Shown: piece by piece, positions 11,956 to 24,054 of the stretch | Position numbering within the stretch: position 1 is the first letter of the stretch | Layout: every line of letters begins with the position of its first letter | From: Phoronis australis | Taxonomy: Eukaryota; Animalia; Phoronida | Length of the DNA stretch: 64,000 nt | NCBI GenBank assembly: GCA_002633005.1 | Contig: NMRA01000237.1 | Span: 124,001-188,000, forward strand | Direction: 5' to 3' | Position numbers and translations under genes: made by a program | Notes under the pieces: generated by a model | Seen by the model: the letters and a program-made list of their open reading frames with translations, nothing else | The model's database searches: none | Told to the model about the DNA's origin: nothing

Positions 11956-13477
11956 ACATAACCTGGTTTATTGATTCTAACAAATGTTATGTTTGTTTTT
12001 AATCACCTATCTGCTAACACTTATTAAAACAAGTAATTGCTTTAGTGTAATAATCTTTGGAATGTTTAAGGACTCTCTGTTTTATTACATCGGACACTTC
12101 ACTGTGGATAATTCTGGTTTCCTAATGGGCTGTCAATGACCTATAGGTCAGACAGTGCGACTGCTGCTGCTTCTGCCCATCGTTGATAATTGCGATAATT
12201 TTAATTATGTTCATCATTCTCGTTGATTACTTCTTTCATTTCCCCAGACTGTTCGTATTACGACATTTGTTCACTCATTTAGTACACAATATGGCTGACA
12301 AGTTCTATTTTGTCTTGTTTCTCCACAAAAACAAAGACGAAGAAAGTTTGCTAGTAGCGTATATTTGCTGTGTAAATGTCATACAACTACATTTGGTAAA
12401 GTTTCCATTATTTATAGCGAACACATTGTCCTTTAAGAAATGGAAATATGATAGTTTTGCCAATTATTTTTGTGTTGAGTAATTTCCGTAGGTACAAATT
12501 GGTAACACAAATCTAGATGTACAGATAATAAGAACTTGCTGCCCCCATGCTAGGCCCATTTTAAAGGATATTTTGAAAATGCTGTTAGATACTGTCATAG
12601 CCATTATATAATTGGATTCCAGGTATTTAAAGGCTGTGCAGCAGCCTGTAAAAAGTTACAAATTTGGCTGACTTTGGAACATCATATTTCAGAAATGACA
12701 GATCGCGTCCATATGAAACTTTCATTTACTATGCTTTATGCATTGTTCTCTAGAATGACTGTACGAAATTGTTCTTAAATTGGTCCGTCCACTTTTGAAT
12801 GAGGGGCTACCAAAAGTGCTTTTTTAGGAATATGATACGAGTTTCCTTTAACGGATATTTTAGAACCGTTTTGTGAAGTTCTAACGCTGTATTTCCATTA
12901 TTTTACCATTGTCTTTCAAACATTTATTATGCTTGTGTGTTAACTTGTCTCTTTGACTACCAAACGTGCAAAACTTAATATTACCTTAGAAATTCTCTAT
13001 TTTATTGAATTCTTCCATAAAAATAATATAACGTTGAAAGAGCCTTGTTTGGAAATATTTGTTGCCTGTTTTAGGATGCAATTGGGTTGGTGATGTTTTT
13101 AAGAATCCATCATCTCTTTCGTAGAATCTAGTTTATTTTCCCCACCTCTTTCTTGGACATGGTTTCCCAAAGGCTTTACACCAACTGGTGCTGGCTTCCA
13201 TCAGTCATCCTATGTGTCAGCCATCAGTTTGGCAGCCTGACACCTGGTCTGATTACCTGCACCAGGTGTGAAGGAGCTGTGCTGTACCTTGTCTGTAAAT
13301 TGTATCCGTGTAACTGACACATGGCAGTTGATAAGTGTGCCACATTTAAGACTATCAAATGCAGATCCTCAAATATAGATCTTTAGAAGATAAAAGTAAT
13401 ACAGCACTAGACTAGGCTAACAGCCGTGCTTGTCTTAGTCCCCACCCCTTGATTTTTAGCTTCCCAATTTTAGTGTA

Positions 13478-13751
13478 CAGGGATCCGTTTCATGAGAAGT
13501 CACTTGAGATTTATTTCAGAAATTTGGTCTTATCTTTTTCTGAAAAATTATGAAATATCGTTGAGCAAAAGTGCAAAGTTTCTGAGAATATACACATAAG
13601 TGCAAGTTAAGTGCCGAGATAATTTTTACATATTATTTGACGTGTACTTTAGGGCGCTCGTGATTATTTGGCTACACCTTTGTGAAGTGGGAGTGCGAGA
13701 CAAAAATTTCTGACTTAAGTTTTAAGTCATTTTTCGTGAAACTGAACCCTG
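13478..13751. mobile_element. MITE with ~50-bp imperfect TIRs, copy 1 (copy 2 at 35102-35348)
   Basis: Left CAGGGATCCGTTTCATGAGAAGTCACTT...TCAGAAATTT pairs with right AAATTTCTGACTTAAG...TTTCGTGAAACTGAACCCTG; a related copy occurs elsewhere in the window. Confidence 0.7.
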
Positions 13752-14384
13752 CAGAGCAATACTAGTGATAGTGATATGTTTTGTCTTTCTTACACCATGC
13801 TGAGTAGTCTCAAATGACAAAACAGATGCCATGCTGAAAAGATAGTTTCTAGTTCAGGAACATTTGTGCTTATTTGGTGCGATGGTTGAGTTCCTTATCT
13901 GCAAACACAGGAGTTCTGTGAAAAAAACAGATAACCAAGGTTTTTGTTTCTCTCAGATAATTCTTATTTTACAGTTTGTGACATTGAAAACTATTGCATC
14001 CATGATCAAATGTGATCTTTCACCAAAAATAATGAGCACAAGCAGAATTCCCATCATGTCAGCCAAGTGCAACACTGTAAACCACCATCAAAGTATGGTA
14101 TTTTGCCCGATTACCGTTGGCGTGTATTTTATGTAGTCTTCAATAATTGATGTTTTTACCCATGGCGTTTTAGTTTGTGGTCAGTTCACTCGGCTTGTAT
14201 CAAAACACTGTTTCTGTTCTCATCACCCTGACTTATCACTAATTGCATTAATGTTTGGGGTCATGAACAAATTACTGTAGCCATACCTGAATACTGAGAC
14301 CATGACTTCTCTCAACCTTACAGCCCAAGTGCTTGTTGCAACACATCCACTACCAGCAGCTCTCTTGTAATCTGAGCTTTTTCA

Positions 14385-14520
14385 AAGCAGAGATAAGTGA
14401 AGTAGAGAGTGCAATGCATCACCCCTCAGTCTATACATAGAACATAGCTGGCATGTTTGGCTTCCCTTCAAATCTTCATTCGGTCAGGAGCAGCTGTCTC
14501 AAGAGCACACGGTTCTCTCT
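14385..14520 (+). promoter_or_regulatory. Candidate internal promoter
   Basis: AGATAA at about 14391, TATA-like CTATACATAG at 14431, Inr-like TCATTC at 14476-14481, E-box CAGCTG at 14491; followed by a CpG-richer UTR-like tract and an ATG exon. Confidence 0.35.
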
Positions 14521-14846
14521 CTCCCTCTTCTGGTGGGCTGCTCCGCAAATTCCATTCGCTTCGAAGCCGCTTCGTTGCTTTTGTGATCATATTTTCGCTA
14601 AAGGCCTTTGTCGCTAATGCCTTCCGGTATTGTTGGATAATTGTTCTCCATGGTGAGAAGTTTATTTTGGATCTGCTGTTGCACGCTGTTCATCATACAA
14701 GAAGTGGCGTTTCTACGATTACTGGCTCGCCGCAGCAGTATTTCAGACTCTGCTGCCTACGAAGGAGTTGTCTGTTGTATGAGGATTTTTGGTATAAATT
14801 TGAAATACTGAGACGTCGTTCACGAGTCTTACTGTGATTGGATAAA

Positions 14847-14991
14847 ATGTGGCGGAAGATGAAGCTCAGTGGAATCATGGCCAATGGCGCCAGTGACTCT
14901 AGTAGTGTCGCCAGTGAGGAACCCGTCGACGTGGAACATCATGAATTTCAAGCTCTTAATTGGTGGCATTTGTGGCGTTTTAACTTTGAAG
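14847..14991 (+). CDS. Candidate alternative first coding exon MWRKMKLSGIMANGASDSSSVASEEPVDVEHHEFQALNWWHLWRFNFE(G) with a GC donor
   Basis: In-frame stop just upstream (14835-37); ATGs in good context (AAAATG 14847, ATCATGG 14877); ends GAAG|gcaagt at phase 1, compatible with the 18999 acceptor. Confidence 0.5.
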
Positions 14992-15486
14992 GCAAGTTTC
15001 TTTCGCTGACTTGTTATTTTATCAATCTAAAGCTGTTTCCATGGATATCTATATCTCTTTGAGTGGACTGGATTGCATTACGCCTCATTTATTTACTGTA
15101 TCTGTGAAAAGCTCTTTTTTTTCCAATAGTTTTGACTGCAGGAATAGTTTTGCTGCTTGTTTTTTTATGGTAGCGTTTGAGGTCTGTATATTCTGTCTAG
15201 TAGATACTTGAGTCATCTAGTTGTGTTTTGTCTAATCTGTGTTATTTGGAAGTTGTTTATTTGAGTTCCTAAGTTACAGTAGACTGTACAACTCCCTGAA
15301 AGAGGATTTATGTCTATTGCATAATTAATTTCCTTTTAAACATTTAATTTACTCTCGGACTCCTTAAGCAGTCTTGCTTTGACAGAATCCTAGGCAAATA
15401 TGTTTAAACTTTGGACATCCATGTCATTTTGCAACATTGAAACTTATCAGAAAAAGCAGACATTTTCACAGTTTCTGGTTTCTATA

Positions 15487-15863
15487 GGATACAGTGTGAA
15501 AACGTTATTATTTTCATTGGCTACAGTGTGAAAGCATATTTTCATTGGCTATGTGTGAAAGCATGTTTTCATATTTTTGGGCATCATTAAGTAACTTAAT
15601 ATTCTTGATCATCAAATTCTCTCCCAACTACGATTTCAGAAAAATATTCTGTGTTTAGCATCTGAATTTTTGGAATTTTTGCTGTAATCTTTTGATTCTA
15701 GAAGCAGATTTTCTTAGGCTACAGTGTGAAAGCATGTTTTCATATTTTTGGGCATCATTAAGTAACTTACTATTCTTGATCATCAAAGTCTCTCCCAACT
15801 ATGATTTTCAGGAAAATATTCCGTGTTTAGCATCTGAATTTTTCAGAATTTTGCCGTAATCTT
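15487..15863. repeat. Local tandem duplication (~170-bp unit x2) preceded by ~30-bp sub-repeats
   Basis: GTGTGAAAGCATGTTTTCATATTTTTGGGCATCATTAAGTAACTTA...GTAATCTT at about 15553 and 15724. Confidence 0.85.
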
Positions 15864-16340
15864 AAGATTCTGCGAACTTTTCCCTCTGGTGGCAAAGCGC
15901 AATTAGTTCTAGATATACCGATCTTCTAATAGTCTGGTCTTGAGTTGTGGTCTGATGTATAATTAGCTGTAATTGCCTCTTAGCTGTCATACTGATAATT
16001 GATGTGATGATAGACTTCTGGGAATGAATGTAGAAGATACCCAAATTACCTGCAGTGGAGAACTTTCATGTGTGATATGAATAATACTGTGCTCTTGCAA
16101 ATGCATTTTTTATGAGAAGATGCTGGATTCGTTTATGTGTGTTAATGGGATTTGACGGGTGATATTTGGGGTTGTGTCTGTAGAAATGGTAAACAATCTT
16201 AAATATATTGAAAACCAAAACTTTAAGGTTGGGGAATGCTCGCAGATGTTACCTCACATTCTCTTGTATCTTGGTGAAGCTTTAGTTCACATGGTAAAAT
16301 AGATTCTTCATTGTCTCTTGAAGTAATGTTAAAAAGATAC

Positions 16341-16552
16341 GTAAGCTCACTTACTAGAAGACGAGTTCGAACGTTTCAGCCAACCACAATTGGCTTTCGT
16401 TGGCGACCGAGACGCCCGTGGCACTTGTATTTTTAAGCAGTAGTTAGCTGTACACGGGAGGTAAGTTGACGCCATGGGTGCCTCAGTCGCTGACGAAAGC
16501 CGATTGTAGTCAACTGAAACATTCGAACTCGTCCCCTAGTAAGTGAGCTTAC
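16341..16552. repeat. Inverted repeat, 82-bp arms and 48-nt loop, with a hammerhead-like core
   Basis: 16341-16422 is the reverse complement of 16471-16552 at 68/82 with no indels; CTGACGA...GAAAC in the right arm. Confidence 0.9.
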
Positions 16553-16920
16553 ACAATATATTGTTAACTCTAGTTAATAGATTTAATGAAATATGCTAAT
16601 TAAAAAAACATATTGGTGATATCAATTATGTAGCCCCAGAGTAGGATTAGTCGACTAAAACAGATTTTTTTACGCTAAAAGTGGCCCTATTTAATGATGG
16701 ATCCAAAAAACTAATAAATCATGAAAATAAGATTTTCCTTTGTTTAATCGTAGGTTGCCATAAGAATTAGTTTTTTAATGAAGGGTTATACTGCAACTTT
16801 TTCAAGTTGTTTGCATGACTTTCAGTGTGAATCTTGTGATAATGTGTATTAGAGAGTGTATCATGTGCCAACCAGCAACTCATGCAATGTTGCATAATGT
16901 TTCACCTGCATTTAGAATGG

Positions 16921-16990
16921 TTGAAACAGTTCTCAGTCATTGAAGCAGTTCTCAGTCATTGAAGCAGTTCTCAGTCATTGAAGCAGTTCT
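16921..16990. repeat. 19-bp tandem repeat x3.6 (TTGAAGCAGTTCTCAGTCA)
   Basis: Direct reading. Confidence 0.9.
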
Positions 16991-17167
16991 GGATGAAAAC
17001 ATTGTTCCTCCTCTGCTACTCATGTGTTTTAGATCATGGCCTCAGGGCCTAATTATCTCGAGTCAATTCTTGTGGACAACTTCTTCTAGATATTCTACAC
17101 AAAATTTGTGCAGGGAGTAGTAACATAAAATCTGTCTTCTGTTCTGTCCAAAAACATTTAAGTTTGC

Positions 17168-18737
17168 ATTTTTATGCGCCTGCATATTTATATGTGAGTG
17201 CATAATCTGTTGTCTCTGTCTCGGCACCTGGCGTCTCCAGCTTTATCTCCTAAATTCCTCATAGGATCTTAATGAGATTTGGCACATGTGTTCCTATGAA
17301 GCTGACAACGGATGACAACGAATTTCGGACTTACAACTACAGGTTTATTCCCTTATGGCAATTTTAGTTTTTTACGTTTACCTCTATATCTTCAGAGGTC
17401 CTGAACGGGTTTTCATAAGTGAGATGATGTTGTCCTCCCATTTTCGGATGGATTCGAGGTATTTTGCACCACCTAGTGGCCATTTTTTTACTGTTTTCAA
17501 GTTAGTTTTTTGGCGTCCGCCCCTCTGTCAACCAAACCACTGTAAGGATGATTGTGAAAATTGTTCCTACTATGAAGAGGAAGGGTAACGAGGATTTTTC
17601 GACAACTTTGAATACTGTGGCGCCTCATAGTGGCAGTTTTGTTTGTTTTGCACCAATGGCTGTGTCTCTTAAATGCTCTGTGGGATCTTTATTAAATTTG
17701 AGCAAATGTATTTATGTGAAATTAACAACAGAGGAAGATGTCTTTCGGACAGATCGGAGTACCGGTATGTCCCGTAGTAGCAGTTTTAGTTTTTTACGTT
17801 TATCAGTGTATCTTCAAAGGTCCTCAATGGATTTCCATAAAATTTGGCAGTGAGGCATCTAATAGTCAGGTGACACTATCCATATGTGTTCGGATTGATT
17901 TAAGTTGTTATGCGCCACCTAGTGGCAATTATATTGTTTTAGAGTCTGTTTTTGGCATCTGCCCCTCTGTCAACCAAACCACTCTAAGGATGATTGTGGA
18001 AATTGGCAAGTATGTTCTTATTGGGAAGAGGACGACTGTCGATGATTTTCCAATGATGTCAACTACTGTGGCTCCTCCTAGTGGCAGTTTTGTTTTATTT
18101 ACGCCCATGGCTATATCTCACAAACTCTCTGCAGAATCTTTTATTAAATTAAGCAAGTTCATTTAAATGAAGTTGACAACGGACAGCGACGAATTTCAGG
18201 CAAATCCGACAAACGCTGTGCCCCCTAGTGGCAATTTAATTTTTTTCTGTTCTCCACTTTTTTCTATAATTCAAGTTCCTTGACGGATTTTTATGGAATT
18301 TGGTAAATAGTTGTCTATTGAAAGGATGACATGTTCCTGTTTTCGGATGGCCATATTTACTGTTTTGTAGTATTGTGTTTTGCATCTGCTCCTCTATCAA
18401 CCATTATTGTGAAAATTGGCATATATGTTCTTAGCATGAAGAGGATGGTTGACTATGATTTTCTGTTAACTTCGACTACTGTGGCGCCTCCTTGTGGGAG
18501 TTACGTTTTTTTTTTGCAACTATAGCTTGCTAGTGGCAATTTCGTTTTTTCCGTTTATCTTTGTTTCTCTGAAGTTCCTAGATGGATTTTTATATTTGGT
18601 AAATAGTTTTCTACTAAAGAAGCAATGACAAGTTCCTGTTTTTGGATGAATTCGACTTATTTTCGCCATCTAGTGGCCATTTCTGTGATACAAATAAACA
18701 TCTCTAGAAGCACACTGTTTGCGGTGCCTGTGTTTGT
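17168..18737. mobile_element. Non-autonomous repeat element with internal degenerate ~150-bp tandem units (Helentron/HINE-like layout)
   Basis: Starts TTTTTATGCGCC...GCATAAT then a CTGT tract; recurring GCGCCWCCTAGTGGCAATTT and ~440-bp higher-order repeats (CCCTCTGTCAACCAAACCACT at about 17521 and 17963); short 3' hairpin. Family is inferred. Confidence 0.55.
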
Positions 18738-18998
18738 TACTGTTGAATAGGAGCTTTGACCAGTGTTATAAAACAACATATCGACAATTCTAGCTCTTGG
18801 CTACCAGTAATTTGCTAAAATTAAGGCAGGTGGCTATCAGTTAAGTATGCTTGAAAAACAAGTCTACTTACTGAGTGGGGTTCAGTTCCTCCAGCAAATC
18901 AAAGGACTGCAACCCCGGAGGTCGTGAACCTGATCTAAAAAATCAACTTTCTCTTTGATTGTGTCACTTTAAGTAACAATTAAGAATTGTTGTTATAG

Positions 18999-19286
18999 CT
19001 CAAATGGTTCCGCCAAGCTTCCCGCTGCGTCTCCACTCGCAGATTGTTACCGAGGGCGACTCGGTGAAGCTCAACGTTCGTGTGGCTGGCCTTCCCGCGC
19101 CCACTGTGTCCTGGTACCGCGAGGGTTCTCTCATCGTCAGCTCGCCAGACTTCGAGATCCGTCAAGACGGTGACTTACACTCCCTCTACATTCCAGAGGT
19201 CTTCAGGGAGGATGCCGGCGTGTTCTCAGTTCTGGCTGAGAACGGGTCTGGCGAAGCCCGGTGTACTGCTGAGCTCACAGTTAAAG
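18999..19286 (+). CDS. TTN: Titin-like exon: complete Z2-like Ig (AQMVPPSFPLRLHSQ...CTAELTVK)
   Basis: atag|CT...AAAG|gtttgt; 288 nt, phase 1-1. Confidence 0.93.
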
Positions 19287-20496
19287 GTTTGTAATGTTTT
19301 TATAACAAAGAATGCATGTTTAAGATGAAGTTGCGTCTGATTTTGATGGCCCAAAAGACTGCAACTTTAAGCAAAGATTAATTACGTTCAAGACGTCGAC
19401 TTAGTGCTTATGTGCTTCACTGCACACAGTCAATCTTGGAAGACCAGAAGTGTTTCAACATAGAAATTATTTTGTATCTCTTTTTAAATAAAGAGCATTT
19501 TCACCTCATGAACTACAGTCGACTATAGTCACCTTAGATCCAACTGTATGCCACTATTGATCTTTGAATGTAAGTTTGGTGACAAGGTGGCGTTGTCCTT
19601 GTAGTTGCATGTAAACCGAACAATTACATTGGTAAATATTTAATTTTTCAAAATAAACATCATATTTTAGCTCAGTATGAAAAATATGGTTTTACTGAAA
19701 TTGTTATCCTGTTAAATTTTTCAACTGCTTGTTAAATAAAACCTGATTTATTACACTGATGACTTGTTTGGTTGATCCTAATTCATGCTTGTGCACCTGT
19801 CTTTCTATTTTAGTCAACTTTAGTCTGTAAGCAGAAAACGCCCTAGGTGTCATTGTAAAAAAACTCTCACTTTTAACATCTTGCGGGTATCAAAGTGACC
19901 CTATCTTTTACTTTGCTCAGATTACCAGACTGTGCAGTCTAAGCTTGGGAAGAACTTGAGGCTCAACTCTGTATGTTGGAATTTTCATGAGCTGAAAGCA
20001 ACATGGCCGCCAACTGAATTTGGTCTATACTAGTATCATAGCAGAGACTAGACAGCTGTGATCTATTCTGGCTCATGATGGGTAATAGATATGGTGTTGA
20101 GTAACTTAAGAAAGAAGCTTAAACCATCCCAACAAGGGCATAGATTGGTCCCCTCATTCTTTTTTACTTTTAATTCCATGTTGGGGTCCTCTGGGTAACA
20201 GCAACACATTCATAATCTCTCTGTCTGCGTATAGTGGGCTGTAGTTAGTTTTAGTCCAAAACGCAGCTCTGAAGCTGCACCTATCTGTCCAGTCACTTCA
20301 TGGGACTTTCCAAATAAGGAAGTCAGTAGTCAGGAGCTTGACTGTGTTTCAGCATGCATGAAGCCAAGTGGGCGCTGTAGACTAGAACGATCCTGAGGGT
20401 AAATTTGAATAAGCTAGTTCCGTACCCGAACACTAGATGGTGCCATGGGTTGGAACTTAGTGGCTCTTGTAACTGATCCATTGTTTCTTCCCAAAG

Positions 20497-20711
20497 CACT
20501 TCATCCCGCGGCACCAATAGAAGAAAGTCCCAAGAAGACAAAAGCCAGGACATCTATTTCACAGCTGGTTGACTATCAGCAAGCCATTGAACAGGAGCGG
20601 GCATTCTTGGAGAAGCAGAAGACAGTCGTACTGCCGAACCCCCTGCGGGAGGGAAGTCCTCCCAGGAAGAAGGTGGCGCCACCTACTGATGTCATGCCCA
20701 GCTTTGCAAAG
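20497..20711 (+). CDS. TTN: Titin-like exon: linker and start of Z3-like Ig
   Basis: ccaaag|CA...AAG|gtaggg; phase 1-0 bridges the flanking exons. Confidence 0.82.
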
Positions 20712-21925
20712 GTAGGGAAGAGACTAGGATGGAGGTGGTGTACATTGTAAAGTTGGTGTGAAACATTTTGTGGAATATGTGAATTGCTTTTTGGATGTTA
20801 TATCTCTCGTCGCGTGAGGTCGCTATTTTGATTTCGTTCTTATTAGATGAAGGTGTTTAAAGTACTGCATTGATTTTTCATTGTGAGATTGTACTGTATC
20901 TACATATGGCTTGAGTTGAATCAATAAATGTGAAAATGTGGAGAATAGAGTGTGGCAAAACAATTGCAGTCATGCCTTCAATGAAGTAACTAGCAACGAA
21001 GAAGTTCTGGCATTACATATTTTATACTTCAATAAGAACTTTATTGCCAACCAATAACTTCTTGCATAAAATTAAAGTAAAAGCAGATGACTTCATTCTT
21101 TCTGTGGAGAGCACAATGAAACCTTTCTTCATTTGTTTTGGGAATGTCGTCTTGTATCTCATTTTTGGCTACTGTTCATGGAATGGTTAAAGCCTATCTT
21201 CAACGGTAACACATGTAAATTTGGTTCCTACTGTATGTTAAGAGCATCCCTCTGAGCCCTCTAGCGCCATAAATTGCCAAATGTAACGTACTGTTAGGCG
21301 TAGTGGCTCGCTTTTGTCTACGTCACCGCGAGAATCGCCTTTTAATTCAAACAGCTGCGAATAACACCCGCACGCAATGGTGTTCTATGCAGACCCCTAT
21401 TCAATACAACCTTTTGTTGTTTGTGCTGGGATTTCGGGGTGACGCAACATGGCACGAAAAGGCAGCTTCACTTATCATTTGACGGGCTTACACTTGCGTG
21501 ATTGAACTCACGTTTTCTTATTTTACTAAGGCTGTGCTAGGACTATCTGGTTAGCCTAAATACATTTAAAGTAACAAAATTCCATTGAAGTTGGGTTTTT
21601 AACATATGTAGTAGATCTTCCTGTAGCCAAAGTAACTGCTTTGTTTGGAGTCTTGAAAAATACTCAGCTAGAAAATTGTGATGTTAACGTACTGATCATA
21701 CTGGCCAAAAATTGTGTATTTTCACAACTTGGACAAAAAGACATCAACTTTCAAACTTTTGTCCACGCTGTTTTGCTGTATCTCTTGTGTTTTGTAATTT
21801 TGTTTTGCTAGAGGAGAATAAACATTTGAAACCTGAAAGAACTCACATTTTGATGAAAAAATAAATATTCCTACTTTAAAAAAAGAAGCTTAAGCTGTAA
21901 ATTTATCCTTGCTATTTTCTTGCAG

Positions 21926-22184
21926 GCTTTGCACAATGTCTTTATCAAAGAAGGGCAAAAAGTTGTCTTCGAATGTCATGTACGAGGCTCTCCAGCTCCT
22001 ATTGTCAAGTGGTACCGCGAGGAAAGCCTGATTCAGAACTCTCCTGATTTTGAGATCACTTATGCTAACAATGTCTGCACGCTAACCATAGCCGAAGTGT
22101 TCCCAGAGGATGCTGGGAAATTCACCTGTAAAGCTACAAATGCATTTGGAACAGCTGCCACAGAGTGTGTTTTGAGAGTGGAAG
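21926..22184 (+). CDS. TTN: Titin-like exon: Z3-like Ig
   Basis: gcag|GCT...GAAG|gtgtgt; phase 0-1. Confidence 0.93.
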
Positions 22185-22423
22185 GTGTGTTTTTTATAAT
22201 TAGCTTTTCTTTCACAAATTCTCCAACATTCAGTTCTCCTTGATAAATATTTTATTAAAAATAGCTTTCTTCAATGTCAAAAACTTGCATTACATGTCAC
22301 ATCTAAACTTAAGATAGGTTTGAAGTTGTAGAATGTTGGATATGTGTCTGGTGTTCAAAGAAGAGTGGTTGTTGAACCAATTACTATGGTGTATTTTATC
22401 TTTATCAATCTTTCTTCATGCAG

Positions 22424-22850
22424 CTGCTCCAAAGAAGCCCTCTCCACCCCCTACACAACCCAAACCTGTTGGCAAAATGCCACCATCTCCTGCACCGTTG
22501 GCGCCACAACCTCCAATGATGCCAAAACCTCCGATGGTGGCACAAGTTTCGATGCCACCTCAAGCGCCTACGATGCCCCAGCCTCCAATGCCACAGCAAA
22601 CTCGTGTCAGGCCTCGTGCACCTGTGGCGCCACCTCCAGTGCTGCCAACAGCACCATTGGTGCCACAGGCTCCATTAGTGACCGAGAGACCTACGAGAAA
22701 GAGGGGCGTGGCGCCAACCTTTTCGACGAAACTCAAGAACCTACCAATGCAATTGGGAACGCGTTGCGTTTTAGAGTGCAAGGTTCAAGGTGAACCTAAG
22801 CCTGAGATCCTGTGGACACGAAGAGGCCACGATCTCAAGAAACACCCACG
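22424..22850 (+). CDS. TTN: Titin-like exon: Pro/Met-rich linker and first half of Z4-like Ig
   Basis: gcag|CT...CACG|gtaagc; phase 1-2. Confidence 0.9.
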
Positions 22851-23153
22851 GTAAGCAGATGCTACTTGCTGTTGTTTCCACTGTACGATATACAGTGCAG
22901 GTCTACAAGTCTCATTTTGAATGAGATGCTGAATTATAAAGTAAGTTGATTTAACTGAATTAAGGCAATCTCAAGTTCAATCATACTGATGAAGGTAAAT
23001 TTGTTGTGGAAAGTCATTTTTTCAGTTTTTCGTTTAGATTGGTTTCAAGTGTGGATAGCAGGCGATCTCGATTGATTTGCATGTATTCGAAAGGTGCGTC
23101 TGTTGGTCCATCTTTTACAGTTTCTATTATAGTAAACTTGTTCTACATTGTAG

Positions 23154-23296
23154 CTATCGCATCAGCTACACCCCAGAGTCAGGTCATACCAGCCTGACCA
23201 TTGAGCAGGTACAACCGGAAGACGAGGGTGAGTTTACCTGCACTATCTTCAACCCAGTCGGCGAGCAGTCCACAACCTGCTACCTCGTGGGTAAAG
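23154..23296 (+). CDS. TTN: Titin-like exon: second half of Z4-like Ig
   Basis: gtag|C TAT...AAAG|gtgagc; phase 2-1 (a second in-frame GT lies 6 nt upstream). Confidence 0.9.
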
Positions 23297-23800
23297 GTGA
23301 GCTGGAGGGGTCACAATAGTGAACGTAGTTTAGGTCTTTTAACTTGTTGTTTTTGAAATATGGCGGAATTTTCTTTGCTAAGCATTCATGTCCTTCTGCA
23401 CTCCTCTCCTGTGTTTCTTTGATGTTGCAACACTGACTAATTCTCGTTTCCTTTTTTCTGTGTCGTTGCTTTGACCTATATTTTGAGACTTTGTTGACCC
23501 AAAACAGTGTCCCATATTTCAGAAATATTATGAATGCCAAAATTACTCATGTTCCAGACTTCAAAACCTAGAAAATTTGATTTCTGCTTGAATTGCAGTG
23601 TCCCAACTTTTGGAGACAGTCCCAAATTTTAGACACTGTCCCAAGCTGGAGAATTTTTATTGTACATAGTTAAAATTTATTCAGTATTTGTGACGGGGCG
23701 TCAGATGAAATATCCAACTTAAGTCTTGGTCACTTTTCATGATGGTAAGTCTAGTTGTGAGGTTGTAGTGATGTAGGCTTTGTGTTTCATGTCATTCTAG

Positions 23801-24054
23801 ATAAATACCAAGAATGGTTGAAACAACAAGAGCAAATGAAAAAGCAAGCCCGGGAGCGCCAACCACGGCCTCCCATAGCTACATTCGAGCCCATTACTCC
23901 GGTAATGGAGCGCAGAGAGGCTCGGCTACCGAGCGAAGAATTTTTCAAGCCACGCGTCGACCGTGTGCCCCAACGGGCCAATGAAATTAGAAGTCCGAGT
24001 GTGTCGGACACTGAGATGCCAGTGTTCTCACCTCGAATGCAGACACCTGTGCAG
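23801..24054 (+). CDS. TTN: Titin-like exon: charged linker DKYQEWLKQQEQM...
   Basis: ctag|AT...CAG|gtgact; phase 1-0. Confidence 0.87.

Noticed and set aside
11024-11965. Possible TTAA-flanked TIR element (TTAAAGGTGGTGGACCC ... GGGTCCCACATAACCT)
   Set aside because: The right end matches poorly and has no TSD; only the shared internal fragment is reported
14457-14837. 126-aa ORF with a TTG start
   Set aside because: Non-ATG start and no domain signal; better read as the putative 5'UTR of the candidate first exon
17355-18525. Several ORFs with APPSG motifs
   Set aside because: They are translations of the GCGCCACCTAGTGGC repeat, broken by stops and frameshifts, with no splice support
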